A DNA stretch of 64,000 bases. It comes from an uncultured Chloroflexia bacterium (GTDB lineage: Bacteria > Chloroflexota > Limnocylindria > Limnocylindrales > CSP1-4). Below are positions 52,517-63,159 of this stretch, one piece after another (position 1 is the stretch's first letter; the number at the start of each line of letters is the position of its first letter). Under the pieces are notes generated by a model. The model saw only the letters and a list, made by a program, of their open reading frames with translations, was not told the origin of the DNA and made no database searches. Made by a program: the position numbers and the translations under genes. The stretch lies in contig CAVRKH010000012.1 in NCBI GenBank assembly GCA_963721655.1, forward strand, positions 17,518 through 81,517, written 5' to 3'.

Positions 52517-53014
52517 TCAGGTCGGGCCAGTGCCGTCGCCCGATCCGTCGGCTGGAACCGTCTTCCGCGTGCGCGGCGTTCGCGTGGCGGACGATGACGC
52601 GGTCTTCCGCCGCGTCGACGTCGACGTGCCTTGCGTCGTCGCCTTCGTCGCGGTCGACGCGACCGCCACCGTTGGCTTCGGAGCGGCCGGCTTGGCGGCA
52701 GCCGGCTTCGCAGCGGCCGGCTTCGCAGCGGCCGGCTTCGCCCGCGCCCTCGATCGCGCAGGGGAGGCGGCACGGGACGAGGCGGGCGCCGTCGACCGAC
52801 CGTGCGCGGGTTGCGGGCCTGAGTTCCTTGATCTGGGCCGTCAGCTGGGCAACCTCGGCGCGTGCTTCGGACGCCTGCTTCTTCCGCTTTGCCTCGACGT
52901 CGCGGGCCTTCTGGAGGCGCTTCTCGAGCCGCGCCAATTCCTTTGCCTGCGTCCTTGGCCGCGCTCTTGGCGACCTGCCGTACCGGCTGACTGACCCTTG
53001 CCGGACTTCGCCAC
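52517..53014 (-). CDS. Lys/Ala-rich coiled-coil plus histone-H1-like tail protein (several frameshifts)
   Basis: RBS AAGGAG, GTG start MAKSGK; ARLEKRLQKARDVEAKRKKQ; KPAAA x4 (15-bp repeats ~52683-52740); ...RKTVPADGSGDGTGPT*. Reconstructed across frames. Confidence 0.55.
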
Positions 53015-53178
53015 GAACTCTCCTTCCCTGCCCCCTTCACGCCCGCACGCTGCGGGTGCCCTCGTAGAGCATGATCGGCGCGCCGTGTGCCACGGAGCGG
53101 CGACAGACCTGCAAGTCTGCCATCGTCCGCAAGCAGGACGCGAAACTCGCCGGTACCTGCAGGGCCATCGGGACGCCG

Positions 53179-53217
53179 CATAACCCTTCGTTAACGACGG
53201 CCCAACATCCGGTTATC
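53179..53217 (+). promoter_or_regulatory. Four direct repeats with 11-bp period (PHO-box-like)
   Basis: CATAAC 53179, GTTAAC 53190, CCCAAC 53201, GTTATC 53212. Confidence 0.6.
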
Positions 53218-53239
53218 GTCTCCGCCCGACGCTGCGTCC

Positions 53240-53950
53240 ATGGAGGACCACGTCGCGCCGGGCCGATCGATCTCGTCGGGCTGGCTCGCGCTTGCCGTCG
53301 ACGGGCCTGCCCTCGATCTGCCGGGGCTCGCCGCCGGCACGCCGGTTCGTGTCGTCCCCGACGTTCCATCGTTCGTCACCCTCCTCGAGCAGGCGCGGCC
53401 TCGCATCTGTCTCCTCGGGACACCGCCGGGCGGCCCGGCAGAGACCGAGCTCGTCGCGCGCGAGCGGCGGCGCCGGCACGGATTACGGGTCGTCCAGGTT
53501 TCGGCGCCCGAGGCCGTGGAGGTCCGTCTCGAGGCCCTGCGACTCGGCTTCGATGAGGCAGTGCCGAGCTCGATCGAACCCGGCGAGCTCGCGGCCCGCC
53601 TCGCCCTGCTCGACGAGCGGGCGCGCACCCGCCCCGGCCGGAGCCTTCCGATCGCCGCTGGCTGCGAGCTCGATCTCTTCGCGCACGAGCTGCGGCGGGA
53701 CGGCCGGCTCGTCCACCTGCGGCCCAAGGAATTCGATCTGCTCGCCGTCCTGGCCAGCCACCCGGGACGCGCCTGGACGCGGCGCCAGCTCCTCGACCGA
53801 GCGTGGGGCCACGGTCACGACGGTGACCCGCGGACGATCGATGTCCATGTCCGCTGGCTGCGCTCGAAGATCGAGACCGAACCCGAACAGCCGGCGCACC
53901 TGGTGACCGTTCGCGGGGTCGGCTACCGGCTCGATCCACCCGGGCGTTAA
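53240..53950 (+). CDS. OmpR-type wHTH regulator with degenerate receiver domain
   Basis: LRPKEFDLLAVL, RRQLLDRAWG, RTIDVHVRWLRSKIE, VTVRGVGYR; receiver has LLGTPP where the Asp should be. Confidence 0.88.
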   Translation: MEDHVAPGRSISSGWLALAVDGPALDLPGLAAGTPVRVVPDVPSFVTLLEQARPRICLLGTPPGGPAETELVARERRRRHGLRVVQVSAPEAVEVRLEALRLGFDEAVPSSIEPGELAARLALLDERARTRPGRSLPIAAGCELDLFAHELRRDGRLVHLRPKEFDLLAVLASHPGRAWTRRQLLDRAWGHGHDGDPRTIDVHVRWLRSKIETEPEQPAHLVTVRGVGYRLDPPGR

Positions 53951-53973
53951 CAGTCGCTTAACGGAGTAGCAAA
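53946..53973 (+). promoter_or_regulatory. PHO-box-like repeats upstream of pstS
   Basis: GTTAAC 53946 and CTTAAC 53957, an 11-bp period, with a weaker third unit. Confidence 0.6.
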
Positions 53974-54080
53974 GGACCGTTGATGCCCGGCTCCGACGAT
54001 CCGGGTGTTGAACAAGGGGGAGTGCAGATCCTCGGATCCCGCCTGCGCCGAGCGCGGGCACCTTTGGAGGAACAACCCAC

Positions 54081-55181
54081 GTGAGCATCAACTCGCGCAC
54101 GCGCCTCGCGGCGCTCGGACTGGTGGCGGTCTTCGCCATCGGCGCTTGCAGCAGCGGCAGCTCGACCGCCGCGCCAGCAGCGTCCCAGCCGGCCGCCGAA
54201 TCCATGGCCCCCGGGTCCTCAGCGCACCGGGGCGTCCGAAGCGACCGCTGCCGGCGGCCCGCCGGAGTGCCTCTCGTTCGCCGACATCTACGCGCTCGTC
54301 GGCCCCGAGTCGGAAGACGTCCAGACCTGGGATCAGGCGGCCACGATCGCCGGTGAGCTCGGCTCCAACACGGAGTTCCCCGCCGGCCTGCCGATCGCGA
54401 TCACGGCGCCCGGCGAAGAGTCGGGCACGTTCGACAGCTTCGTCGACATCGTCCTCGGCGACTACCTCGAAGAGCGCGAGCAGGGCGACGCGACCACCCG
54501 CCTCAGCAACTACCAGTCGAGCGCGGATGACAACGCGATCATCGACGGCATCGCCAACTCGGCCGGGTCGTTCGGTTGGGTCGGCTTCGCCTTCTACGAG
54601 GAGAACCTCGATCGCGTCCGCGCGTTCACGATCGCCGCGGAGCCGAACGGCACGTGCGTCGAGCCGACGGCCGAGACGATCGCCGTCGAACGAGTACCCG
54701 ATCTCGCGCGACCTGTACATCTACGTCAGCAAGCAGAAGCTTGCCGAGAACCCGACGATCGCCGCCTACGTCGACTATTACCTTGCCGAGGGCACGATCG
54801 ACGGCGTCCTCGAGACGGTGCCCTACGTTCCCCTGAAGCCCGAGGTCCTCGCCGAGTCGCGAACCGCGTGGGAGACGTTCAAGGGTTCGACGGCCGCCTC
54901 CCCTGACGGCACGATCGCCGTGAGTGGATCATCGACGGTCCAGCCGATCTCGAACAAGGTGGCCGAGCAGTTCAACGCGGAGAACGCGGGCTTCAGCTAC
55001 ACGGTTGAAGGTCCGGGTACCGGCGACGGCTTCGCCGCAGTTCTGCGCCGGTGATATCGACATCGCGGACGCCTCGCGTCCGATCAGCGACGAGGAAATC
55101 GCCCTCTGCCAGGAGGCAGGCATCGAATACCAGGAGCTCAAGGTCGCCATCGACGGCATCGCCGTGATGACCCAGAAGTAG
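54081..55181 (+). CDS. pstS: Phosphate-binding lipoprotein, apparently circularly permuted (frameshifts ~54225, ~54685, ~55035)
   Basis: Lipobox IGAC; CLSFADIY...PGEESGTFDSF...GWVGFAFY...YPISRDLYIYV comes before GSSTVQPI...GPGTGDGF..FCAGDIDIADASRPI...VAIDGIAV*. Confidence 0.85.
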
Positions 55182-55196
55182 CAGTTTCTCCTCCCA

Positions 55197-55237
55197 GCGA
55201 ACGGGTCGGGCCAGCTCGGAGGCCTCGACCCGTTCGC
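55197..55237 (+). other. pstS-pstC intercistronic stem-loop
   Basis: GCGAACGGGTCG (55197-55208) pairs with CGACCCGTTCGC (55226-55237). Confidence 0.7.
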
Positions 55238-55274
55238 CTATCCTGTACGTCCACTTCGGAGGCCCGATCGAGCG

Positions 55275-56210
55275 ATGACGCAAGCGACTGACGCGGCGGA
55301 CCTGCGGACGGCGTTGCGCGGCAGTGCGGCCCGCCGCCGTCGCGAACGGACCGTGCGGGCGATCCTCCTGAGCGCCGGACTTGCATCGGTCGCCATCAGC
55401 GCGTTCATCGTGGTGACGCTCATCGTCGACGCGCTGCGGTTCCTGGCCGCGGTCGACCTCAGCGCCCTGAATTCGGCCGGCTGGGCTCCACGCCGCGGGC
55501 TGTTCGACCTCCCGACGCTGCTCATCGGGACGTTCCTCGTGTCGGCCATCGCGATGCTCGTGGCCACCCCGATCGGACTCTTCAGCGCGATCTTCCTCGC
55601 CGAGTACGCCTCGCCCCGCACGCGGAGCTTCGTCAAGCCGATCCTCGAGATCCTCGCCGGCATCCCGAGCATCGTGCTCGGCTTCTTCGCGATCGCGGTC
55701 ATCAGCCCGGAGATCGTCCAGCGGATCAACCCGCAGGCGTCAGGGTTCAACATCCTCGCGGCGAGCATCGCCGTCGGCATCCTGTCGATCCCGCTCGTCG
55801 CGTCGGTCTCCGAGGACGCCATGCGGGCCGTGCCGCGGTCGCTCCGTGAAGCCTCCTACGGGCTGGGGGCCCGGCGGCTGACGACGAGCATGCGCGTCGT
55901 CTTCCCTGCTGCGATCTCGGGGATCGTGGCAGCCCTGATCCTGGCGACGAGCCGGGCGATCGGCGAGACGATGGTCGTGGCGCTCGCAGCCGGGGCGAGC
56001 GGCAGCGGCGCCCGCTCGTTCGACATCTTCAACGTCGGCCAGACGCTCACCGCCGCGATGGCCTCGCTCGCGATCGGCAGCGACCGGGTGCGCGGCGACG
56101 ACCTGGCGTTCCCGAGCCTGTTCTTCGTCGGCGCGGTGCTGTTCGTGATCACGCTCCTGCTCAACGTCATCGGCGACGCGTTCGTCCGTCGGACGCGGCA
56201 GCGGTACTAG
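55275..56210 (+). CDS. pstC: Phosphate ABC permease
   Basis: VKPILEILAGIPSIVLGFF, SEDAMRAVP, LATSRAIGETM, TLTA. Confidence 0.95.
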   Translation: MTQATDAADLRTALRGSAARRRRERTVRAILLSAGLASVAISAFIVVTLIVDALRFLAAVDLSALNSAGWAPRRGLFDLPTLLIGTFLVSAIAMLVATPIGLFSAIFLAEYASPRTRSFVKPILEILAGIPSIVLGFFAIAVISPEIVQRINPQASGFNILAASIAVGILSIPLVASVSEDAMRAVPRSLREASYGLGARRLTTSMRVVFPAAISGIVAALILATSRAIGETMVVALAAGASGSGARSFDIFNVGQTLTAAMASLAIGSDRVRGDDLAFPSLFFVGAVLFVITLLLNVIGDAFVRRTRQRY

Positions 56211-56220
56211 GGATGCTTCG

Positions 56221-57169
56221 ATGAGCCTGATTGCACCCGCCGCAACCGGGGCCGCCGTCCGGCGCGGCCTCACGTCGACCCGACCCGACGTGCGGGGCAT
56301 GATCTTCCAACTGCTCCTGCTCGCCAGCCTCCTGTTCTCGCTGGCCGTGCTCGCCATCCTCCTGCTGAACGTGCTGACACGAGCGTGGCCGGTCTTCCAG
56401 ACCCGCGGGATCGACTTCCTGACCTCGCCGCTGTCGTCCGACCCGGCGCAGGCCGGGATCTCCCAGGGCCTGTTCGGGACCATCGTGCTGGCCGTCCTGG
56501 TGCCGATCTTCGCGTTCCCGTTCGGCATCGCGACCGCCGTCTACCTCGAGGAGTACGCGCCGAACAACCGGCTGACGCGGTTCATCCAGATCAACATCCG
56601 GAACCTCGCCGGTGTCCCCTCGATCGTGTACGGCCTGCTCGGGCTGGCGATCTTCGTCGCCTTCTTCGAGGCCATCGGGCTGGGCGGCTCGCGGGACGGT
56701 CGCCACCTCCTCGCCGCGGCCGTGACGCTGGCCGTCCTGGTCCTGCCGATCGTGATCATCACGACCGCCGAGGCGCTCCGCGCCGTCCCGATCACGATCC
56801 GCGAAGCCGGCTACGGCGTCGGAGCCTCACGCTGGGAGGTGACCCGCAAGCTCGTGCTGCCGGCGGCCGTCCCGGGCATCCTGACCGGCACGGTGCTCGC
56901 GCTCGCCCGGGCACTCGGCGAGACCGCGCCGCTGCTCCTCGTCGGCGGGATCGTGGGCGGCTTCTCGACGCCCGAGGGCGCAGTCGGCCGTCGACACGCT
57001 CCTGGGCAACTACACCGCGCTGCCGCTGACCGTGTTCCAGTGGGCCAAGCAGCCGCAGGACGAGTTCCGCGAGCTGGCGGCAGCCGCCATCGTCGTGCTG
57101 CTCGCGGTCACCCTGTTTGCCAACGCCGTCGCGATCCTGCTGCGGAACCGCTTCGAACGGAACTGGTGA
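56221..57169 (+). CDS. pstA: Phosphate ABC permease (frameshift ~56985)
   Basis: AVYLEEYA, NLAGVPSIVYGLLG, EALRAVP, LARALGETAPL, ..LRNRFERNW*. Confidence 0.93.
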
Positions 57170-57224
57170 TGCCCGACGAGAGCGTCGCCGACGCGCCCCC
57201 TTCGACGATCCACATGGAGACAAC

Positions 57225-58091
57225 ATGACCCAGACCGCACCAGCGCCACCGACCGAGGCTCCGCCGGTTCGGGTCGCGGTGGCCCACGGACGCGGAGGCG
57301 CTCCCCGCACGGGACGCCGATCGCAGCCGAGCCGGTCATCAGCTTCAGGAACCTGCACTTCTATTACGGGTCGTTCCGCGCGGTGAAGGACATCTCGATC
57401 GACGTCCGGCCGCAGGAGATCACCGCGCTCATCGGGCCGTCGGGCTGCGGCAAGTCGACGCTGCTGCGGACGATCAACCGCATGAACGACCTGATCCCCG
57501 GCATCCGCGTCGACGGCCAGGTGCTCTACCACGGCGTCGACGTGTACGGCCGTGACGTCGATCCGGTCGAGGTCCGCCGGCGGATCGGCATGGTCTTCCA
57601 GAAGGCGAACCCGTTCCCGAAGTCGATCTACGACAACGTCGCATTCGGGCCGCGGATCGTCGGCTACAAGGGCAACATGGACGAGCTCGTCGAGTCCAGC
57701 CTGCGCCGCGCCGCACATCTGGGACGAGGTCAAGGACAAGCTCAAGCAGTCCGGCCTCGCGTTGTCGGGCGGCCAGCAGCAGCGGCTGTGCATCGCCCGC
57801 GCGATCGCCACCGACCCCGACGTGATCCTCATGGACGAGCCGTGCTCCGCGCTCGACCCGCGCAGCACGCTCCAGATCGAGGAGCTCATGGCGGAGCTCA
57901 AGAAGAACTACACGATCGTCATCGTGACCCACAACATGCAGCAGGCGGCGCGGGCGTCCGACCGGACCGTCTTCATGACGATGGCCGAGGATCGCGCCGG
58001 CTTCGTGGTCGAGCAGGCCGACACGATGGAGATCTTCACCAACCCGCAGAACCAGCTGACCGAGGACTACGTCTCCGGTCGGTTCGGCTGA
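57225..58091 (+). CDS. pstB: Phosphate ABC ATPase (frameshifts ~57300, ~57715)
   Basis: [63 protein letters not shown]. Confidence 0.95.
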
Positions 58092-58111
58092 GGCCGGAGG
58101 AGCCGAACGAC

Positions 58112-58867
58112 ATGACCGACCCGGAGCGCGCCACGGCCGAAGCCCTGAGCGACCAGCTCGACGAGCTGCTGGCGGCGGCGGACGGCCCGCCAACCTCGAG
58201 CGAGGTGCACCCCGCGCGCGAGCCGCTCGATCGCGAGCAGCGCGAGATCAAGCTCAACGTCCTGCGCATGGGCGCCCTGGTCGAGGACGCGATCCGGGCC
58301 GCGATCGCGGCGCTCGTGAACCACGACACCGAGGCCGCGCTCGCGGTCATCGTGGGCGACGGCCGGATCAACGAGGCGCAGCGCGCCGTGTCCACCGCGA
58401 TCTCGCGGACGATCGCCACCCAGCAGCCGGTCGCTCGCGACCTGCGCTTCCTCCTCTCGCTCGATCACGTGACGTACGAGCTCGAGCGCATCGGGGACCA
58501 TGCGGCCTCCGTGGCCAAGCAGGCGCGCAAGCTCGCGCCCGAGCCGCCGCTCGCGGAATACGTGCACCTGCCGCGGATGGGCGAGCTCGGCGCCGAGCTG
58601 GTCCACGGCATCCTGCGCGCGCTCGTCGACATCGACCAGCACCAGGCCCGGGCTGTGGCGGCCGGCGACGACGAGATCGACGCGCTCTACCACAAGACGT
58701 TCGCCGAGCTGATCGACCTCATGCGCGAGGACCCCGACAACGTCGAGCGCGGCGCGCGGATCCTGCTCGCGGCCCACTATCTCGAGCGGATCGGCGACCG
58801 GGTCACGAACATCGCCGAAGACGTCGTCTTCCTCGCGAGCGGCGAGGTGGAGGACCTGAACCCGTGA
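58112..58867 (+). CDS. phoU: Phosphate signalling protein PhoU
   Basis: [43 protein letters not shown]. Confidence 0.95.
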   Translation: MTDPERATAEALSDQLDELLAAADGPPTSSEVHPAREPLDREQREIKLNVLRMGALVEDAIRAAIAALVNHDTEAALAVIVGDGRINEAQRAVSTAISRTIATQQPVARDLRFLLSLDHVTYELERIGDHAASVAKQARKLAPEPPLAEYVHLPRMGELGAELVHGILRALVDIDQHQARAVAAGDDEIDALYHKTFAELIDLMREDPDNVERGARILLAAHYLERIGDRVTNIAEDVVFLASGEVEDLNP

Positions 58868-59312
58868 CGCCGACGGCGATCCGATCCGCGTGCTCGTGGT
58901 GTGCACGGGCAACTCGGCTCGAAGCCTGATGGCCGAGGCGCTCCTCCGCTCGAAGGGCGGCGACGCGTTCGAGGTCCACAGCGCCGGCACGCACCCGAGG
59001 GGTGTCAACCCGCTCACGCTGCGCGTCCTCGGGGACGCCGGTCTGGACGCCTCATGGGCGCGCTCCAAGTCGGTCGAGGAGTACCTCGGCCAGTCGTTCG
59101 ACTACGTGATCACGGTGTGCGACGAGGCTCGCCAGGAATGCCCGGTGTTCCCCGGCGTCCACGAATCGCTGCACTGGGGCTACGAGGACCCGGCCGAGGC
59201 CGAGGGCACCGAGGAGGAGCGGCTGGCCGTCTTCCGCCGGGTGTTCATCCAGCTGAGCGAGCGGATCGGGGCGTTCATCCCGCTCGCGCGCAAGCATCGC
59301 GCCGAGGTCTGA
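58864..59312 (+). CDS. arsC: Thioredoxin-coupled arsenate reductase (LMW-PTP fold; start uncertain)
   Basis: [38 protein letters not shown]. Confidence 0.85.
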
Positions 59313-59360
59313 TGCGACCACGATCGCCTGAGCCGGCCGGCCGTTCGATATGCTGACCCC

Positions 59361-59854
59361 GTGACCGACGTCGTCGAGCTGTACCTGCTGCGCCATGCGG
59401 ATGCCGGCGATCCGGCCGACGTGGGACGGGCCCGACGCGGCTCGGCCGCTGTCGCTCGAAGGGCGAGAAGCAGTCCGAGCGGCTCGGGCGGTTCCTGGCC
59501 GGGATCGGCTTCCGGCCCGACGCGATCCTCAGCTCGCCAAAGCTGCGCGCCTCGCAGACCGCCGAGATCGTCGCGGGCCAGCTCGGCGTGCCGGTGACGC
59601 TCGACGAGCGGCTGGCGGGCGGCGTCGACGATGTCGTGGTCGAGGCGATCCTGCGCGACGCCGGCGACCCGCGGCGGGTCGTGCTCGTCGGCCACGACCC
59701 GGACTTCTCGTCGCTCGTCCAGTCGCTGTGCGTCGCGCGGAACGTCGAGATGAAGAAGGGCGCACTGGCGCGGATCGACGTCGACCGGCCGGTCGGGGCC
59801 GGGCGCGGCGACCTGCGCTGGCTGGTGCCGCCCGATCTCCTGAAGCCCGGCTGA
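59361..59854 (+). CDS. sixA: Phosphohistidine phosphatase SixA (frameshifts ~59420-59465)
   Basis: LYLLRHADA, RPLS, SSPKLRA.QTAE, LVGHDPD, MKKG. Confidence 0.82.
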
Positions 59855-59868
59855 CCCTCAGTCGGCTG

Positions 59869-61052
59869 TCAGCGGGGAACGGCAGCGCGATCGGGTCGGG
59901 AGCCAGGCGGCTGCGACCCTCGGCATCGAAGCGGTCCAGGCCGAGGTCGGTGACGTCGATCAGCGATGTCGCCCCGTGCAGGGCCAGGTCGACCGCGACG
60001 CGCGAGACCGCCGGTCCCCACATCATCCCGTGCCCGCCCGCCGAGGCGATCGTGACGCCGTCGATGCGGTCGCCGTCCGGGGTGATCGCCGGGCCCAGGA
60101 TCGGGAGATGGTCGGGCGTGTAGTCGATCGTGGCGCACCACACGCGGCGCACGCCGAGATCGCGCGTCAGCGGCACGAACCCCGCGAGGCGCTCGCGCCA
60201 GCGCTCGAATGCGGCCCAGTCGATCGAGCGAGCCTCGCCGGGCTGCTCGTCGGGGTCGCTCCAGCCGAACAGGAGCCCGCCCTCCTCGAGCCGCCAGTAC
60301 AGCCCGGCGCCGATGTCGAACACCATCGGCATGCGCTCGACGGAGAAGGACTCGTGGGCCTCGAGCACCGCGACCGAGTGGCGCGCCGCGCCGGCCGGGA
60401 TGCGCAGGCCGGCCAGCCGGCCGACCTCGCGCAGCGACGGGCCGCCGGTCAGCAGCACGCGCTCGGTCGCGATCGGGCCGGCGTCGGTCTCGACCCCGAC
60501 GACCCGGGACCCGTCGAGGCGGAGCCCTCGGAACGCCGTCCGCTCGCGCAGCTCGACGCCCGCCGCCTGCATCGCGAGCGAGTACGCGCGGACGTTCCGC
60601 GGCGGGTCGATCGCGCCGTCGGTCGACAGGAAGCTGCCCCCGCGATGACCGGTCGCTGCGAGCGTCGGGACGACCTCGACCGCCTCCTCGCGGGACAGCC
60701 AGCGGACGTCGAGCCCCTCGCCGCGCTGCATCGCGACGCGCTCGCGCCCGGCACGTTCGTCGTCGTCGGTGACCGCGAGGATCAGGTAGCCGAGCTCGCG
60801 GAAGCCGGAATCCGTCCCGTAGGCCGCCTGCTGGCCGCGATAGAACGCCACGGTCCACCGGCCGAGCGCGACCGTGGCCGGCGTGCCGCCCTGCGCCCGG
60901 ACGATGCCTGCCGCGCGGGACGAGGCGCCCATCCCGAGAAGGCCGCGCTCGAGCACGACAACGCGCTCGAGGCCCGCGGCCTTCGCGAAGACCGACGCCC
61001 AGCCGCCGATCGTCCCGCCGCCGACGACGACCAGGTCTGCAGATTCGGTCAC
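59869..61052 (-). CDS. FAD-dependent amine/amino-acid oxidase (DAO/sarcosine oxidase beta-like; stop uncertain)
   Basis: VVVGGGTIG, GASSRAAG, YTPDHLPILG, GGHGMMWGP. Confidence 0.88.
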
Positions 61053-61066
61053 CGCGGACGACCTCC

Positions 61067-61814
61067 CTACCCGATCTCGACCCGCGCCGCGACGCCCACG
61101 TGGTCGCTCGGGTAGAGACCCGGATCGTCCACGGCCGGGCGGTCGAACGCCAGCCGGGCGCTCACCACGCGGATCGCGCCGCGCACCCAGATGTAGTCGA
61201 GGCAGCCCGGGATCGCCATCGTCGTCGATCGCCGGGCCCTGCAGGCCGCTCGGCCACGTGACTGCCGGCTCCGCGCCGTTCGCTTCCGCGTAGGCGGAGC
61301 GGTAGCCGGCGCCGGTCATCCGGGCGTAGGCAGGCTCGGCCGGATCGGCGTTGAAGTCGCCCACGACGATCGTGGGGCGATCCTCGCCCGCTCCGTCGAG
61401 CCAGTCGAGGAGCGCGGCCGCCTGCTCGTCGCGTACGGCCGCGTCCGGAACGAGGTGGTGGAGGTGCGTGACCGCGAAGGTGACCACGGCGCCGTGCGGG
61501 AGGGTCACCTCCACGCGATGGGCGGACCGGTCCCGCCCGAGGTCGACGCGCTCCGGCTCGGAGGCAGCCAGCGACTCGCGGACGAGGATGCTGTTGCCGT
61601 ACTCCGGCCGGCCCGCCCAGCCGCGGACCGCCCGGTAGTGACCCGCGCCCGCCGCGCCGAGCAGCCGGTCCTGCTGGAGCGGATACACGCACTCCTGGAG
61701 GCCGAGGAGGTCGGGCTGGAGCGCAGCCATGTCGGCGAGGAGGAGCGGCAGGCGCTCGTCCCAGCGGTCGGCCAGGTTGCGCAGGTTCAGGGTCGCGACG
61801 TGCAGCTGGTCCAC
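61067..61814 (-). CDS. Endonuclease/exonuclease/phosphatase family protein (frameshift ~61215)
   Basis: VATLNL, DLLGLQE, GNSIL, THL, VGDFNA, DYIW, PSDH. Confidence 0.88.
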
Positions 61815-61817
61815 CGG

Positions 61818-63053
61818 TCAGGGCTCCTCCGGGACGAGGGGCAGGGCGAACGAGAAGGTCGAGCCTTCCCCTTCGGTCGACTCGACCCAGATCCGGCCGC
61901 CGTGCTGTTCGACGACGTGCCGCGCGATCGACAGGCCGAGCCCGGTTCCCACCGGGCGTCTCCCCGCGCACCCGTGCCCGGTCGACCTTGTAGAACCGTT
62001 CGAAGATCCGCGGTTGCGCGGCCCGCGGGATGCCGATCCCATGATCCTGCACGGACGCTACCAGCTCGCGGTCCACGAGATGCACCCCGATCACGACCTC
62101 GCTGCCGCTCGGGCTGAACTTGACCGCGTTGTGGAGCAGGTTGACGAACACCTGCCCAAGGCGTGCCTCGTCGCCCCGGGTGCGCGGCAGCCCTGCCGGG
62201 ACGTCGACGCGCAGCGTCACGCCCTGCCGCTCGGCGAAGAGGCGCAACCGTTCGGCCGAGGCCGTCGCCAGCCGGCCGAGATCGAGGTCGTCGACGAGCG
62301 TGAGGCCTGTGCCGCTCTCGATCCGCGAGAGATCCATGATCTCGCTGACCATCTGGACGAGGTGGCCGGTCTCGACCTCGATCTTGGCGATCCGGTCGCG
62401 CATCTTCGGGCGGGATCGCCGTCGCCGGCCGCGTCTGCGTCGCGGCTGAGGGTCTCGGCCAGCAGGCCGACAGTCGTCAGCGGCGTCCGCAGCTCGTGCG
62501 ACAGGTTGTCGATGAACTCGGCCCGGATCTGCTGAAGACGGCGGAGCTCGCTCACGTCCGCGAGCACGAGCCACACGCCGCCCGCCGTCGAACGCCGGGC
62601 GCGGACGAGCAGCGCCGGCCCGTCGGCGCCGCGCAGGCGGACCTCGCCGGACGCGTTGCCCTGGTCGAGGGCCGTCCGGGCGAGCGCCTCGATCTGCGGA
62701 TCGAGGAACACCTCCAGGAGGTCCAGGCCCAGCAACATCCCGGGCGCCCGATCGACGAGCGCATGCGCCGCGGCGTTCGCGTAGACGACCTCCAGCTGCG
62801 GGTCGAGATCGACGACAGCAATGTCGACGAGATCGGCGAGGAACTGGCGATCGTGCGCCTGATCCGCGAGGTCGCGCTCGAGCCGGGCGTTGTCGGCCCG
62901 GAGCTGCTCGACGCCGTAGACCGGGTCGCCCTCGGCCCCGACCCCCGACAGCGATCGGACCCTCCGCAGGGTGACGTCCGCCCGGCGATGCGCAGCGAGC
63001 GCGACGACGAACCCGATCGCCAGCGCGATCGCGATGACGGGCCAGGGATCCAC
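61818..63053 (-). CDS. PhoR/SenX3-like PAS histidine kinase (frameshifts ~62410, ~61950)
   Basis: N-terminal TM, PAS-like region, [55 protein letters not shown]. Confidence 0.88.
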
Positions 63054-63159
63054 GGGCCGAGCATCGCATACGGGCCGGACCCGTTCGCGGCTCAGCGGCG
63101 GCGCTGCACCGAGGGCTGCCGTCGTCGATCGTCGGTGAGCAGGACTCGCCACGGCCGCG

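Noticed and set aside
51583-53181. 532-aa ORF joining the upstream region to Ppx; likewise the extension of CYTH-CHAD to 52161
   Set aside because: Only the Ppx or CHAD portions are protein-like; the rest is off-frame read-through.
59529-61814. EEP-FAD oxidase fusion ORF
   Set aside because: The EEP C-terminal PSDH motif and TAG (61067) are in another frame; this is a frameshift artefact.
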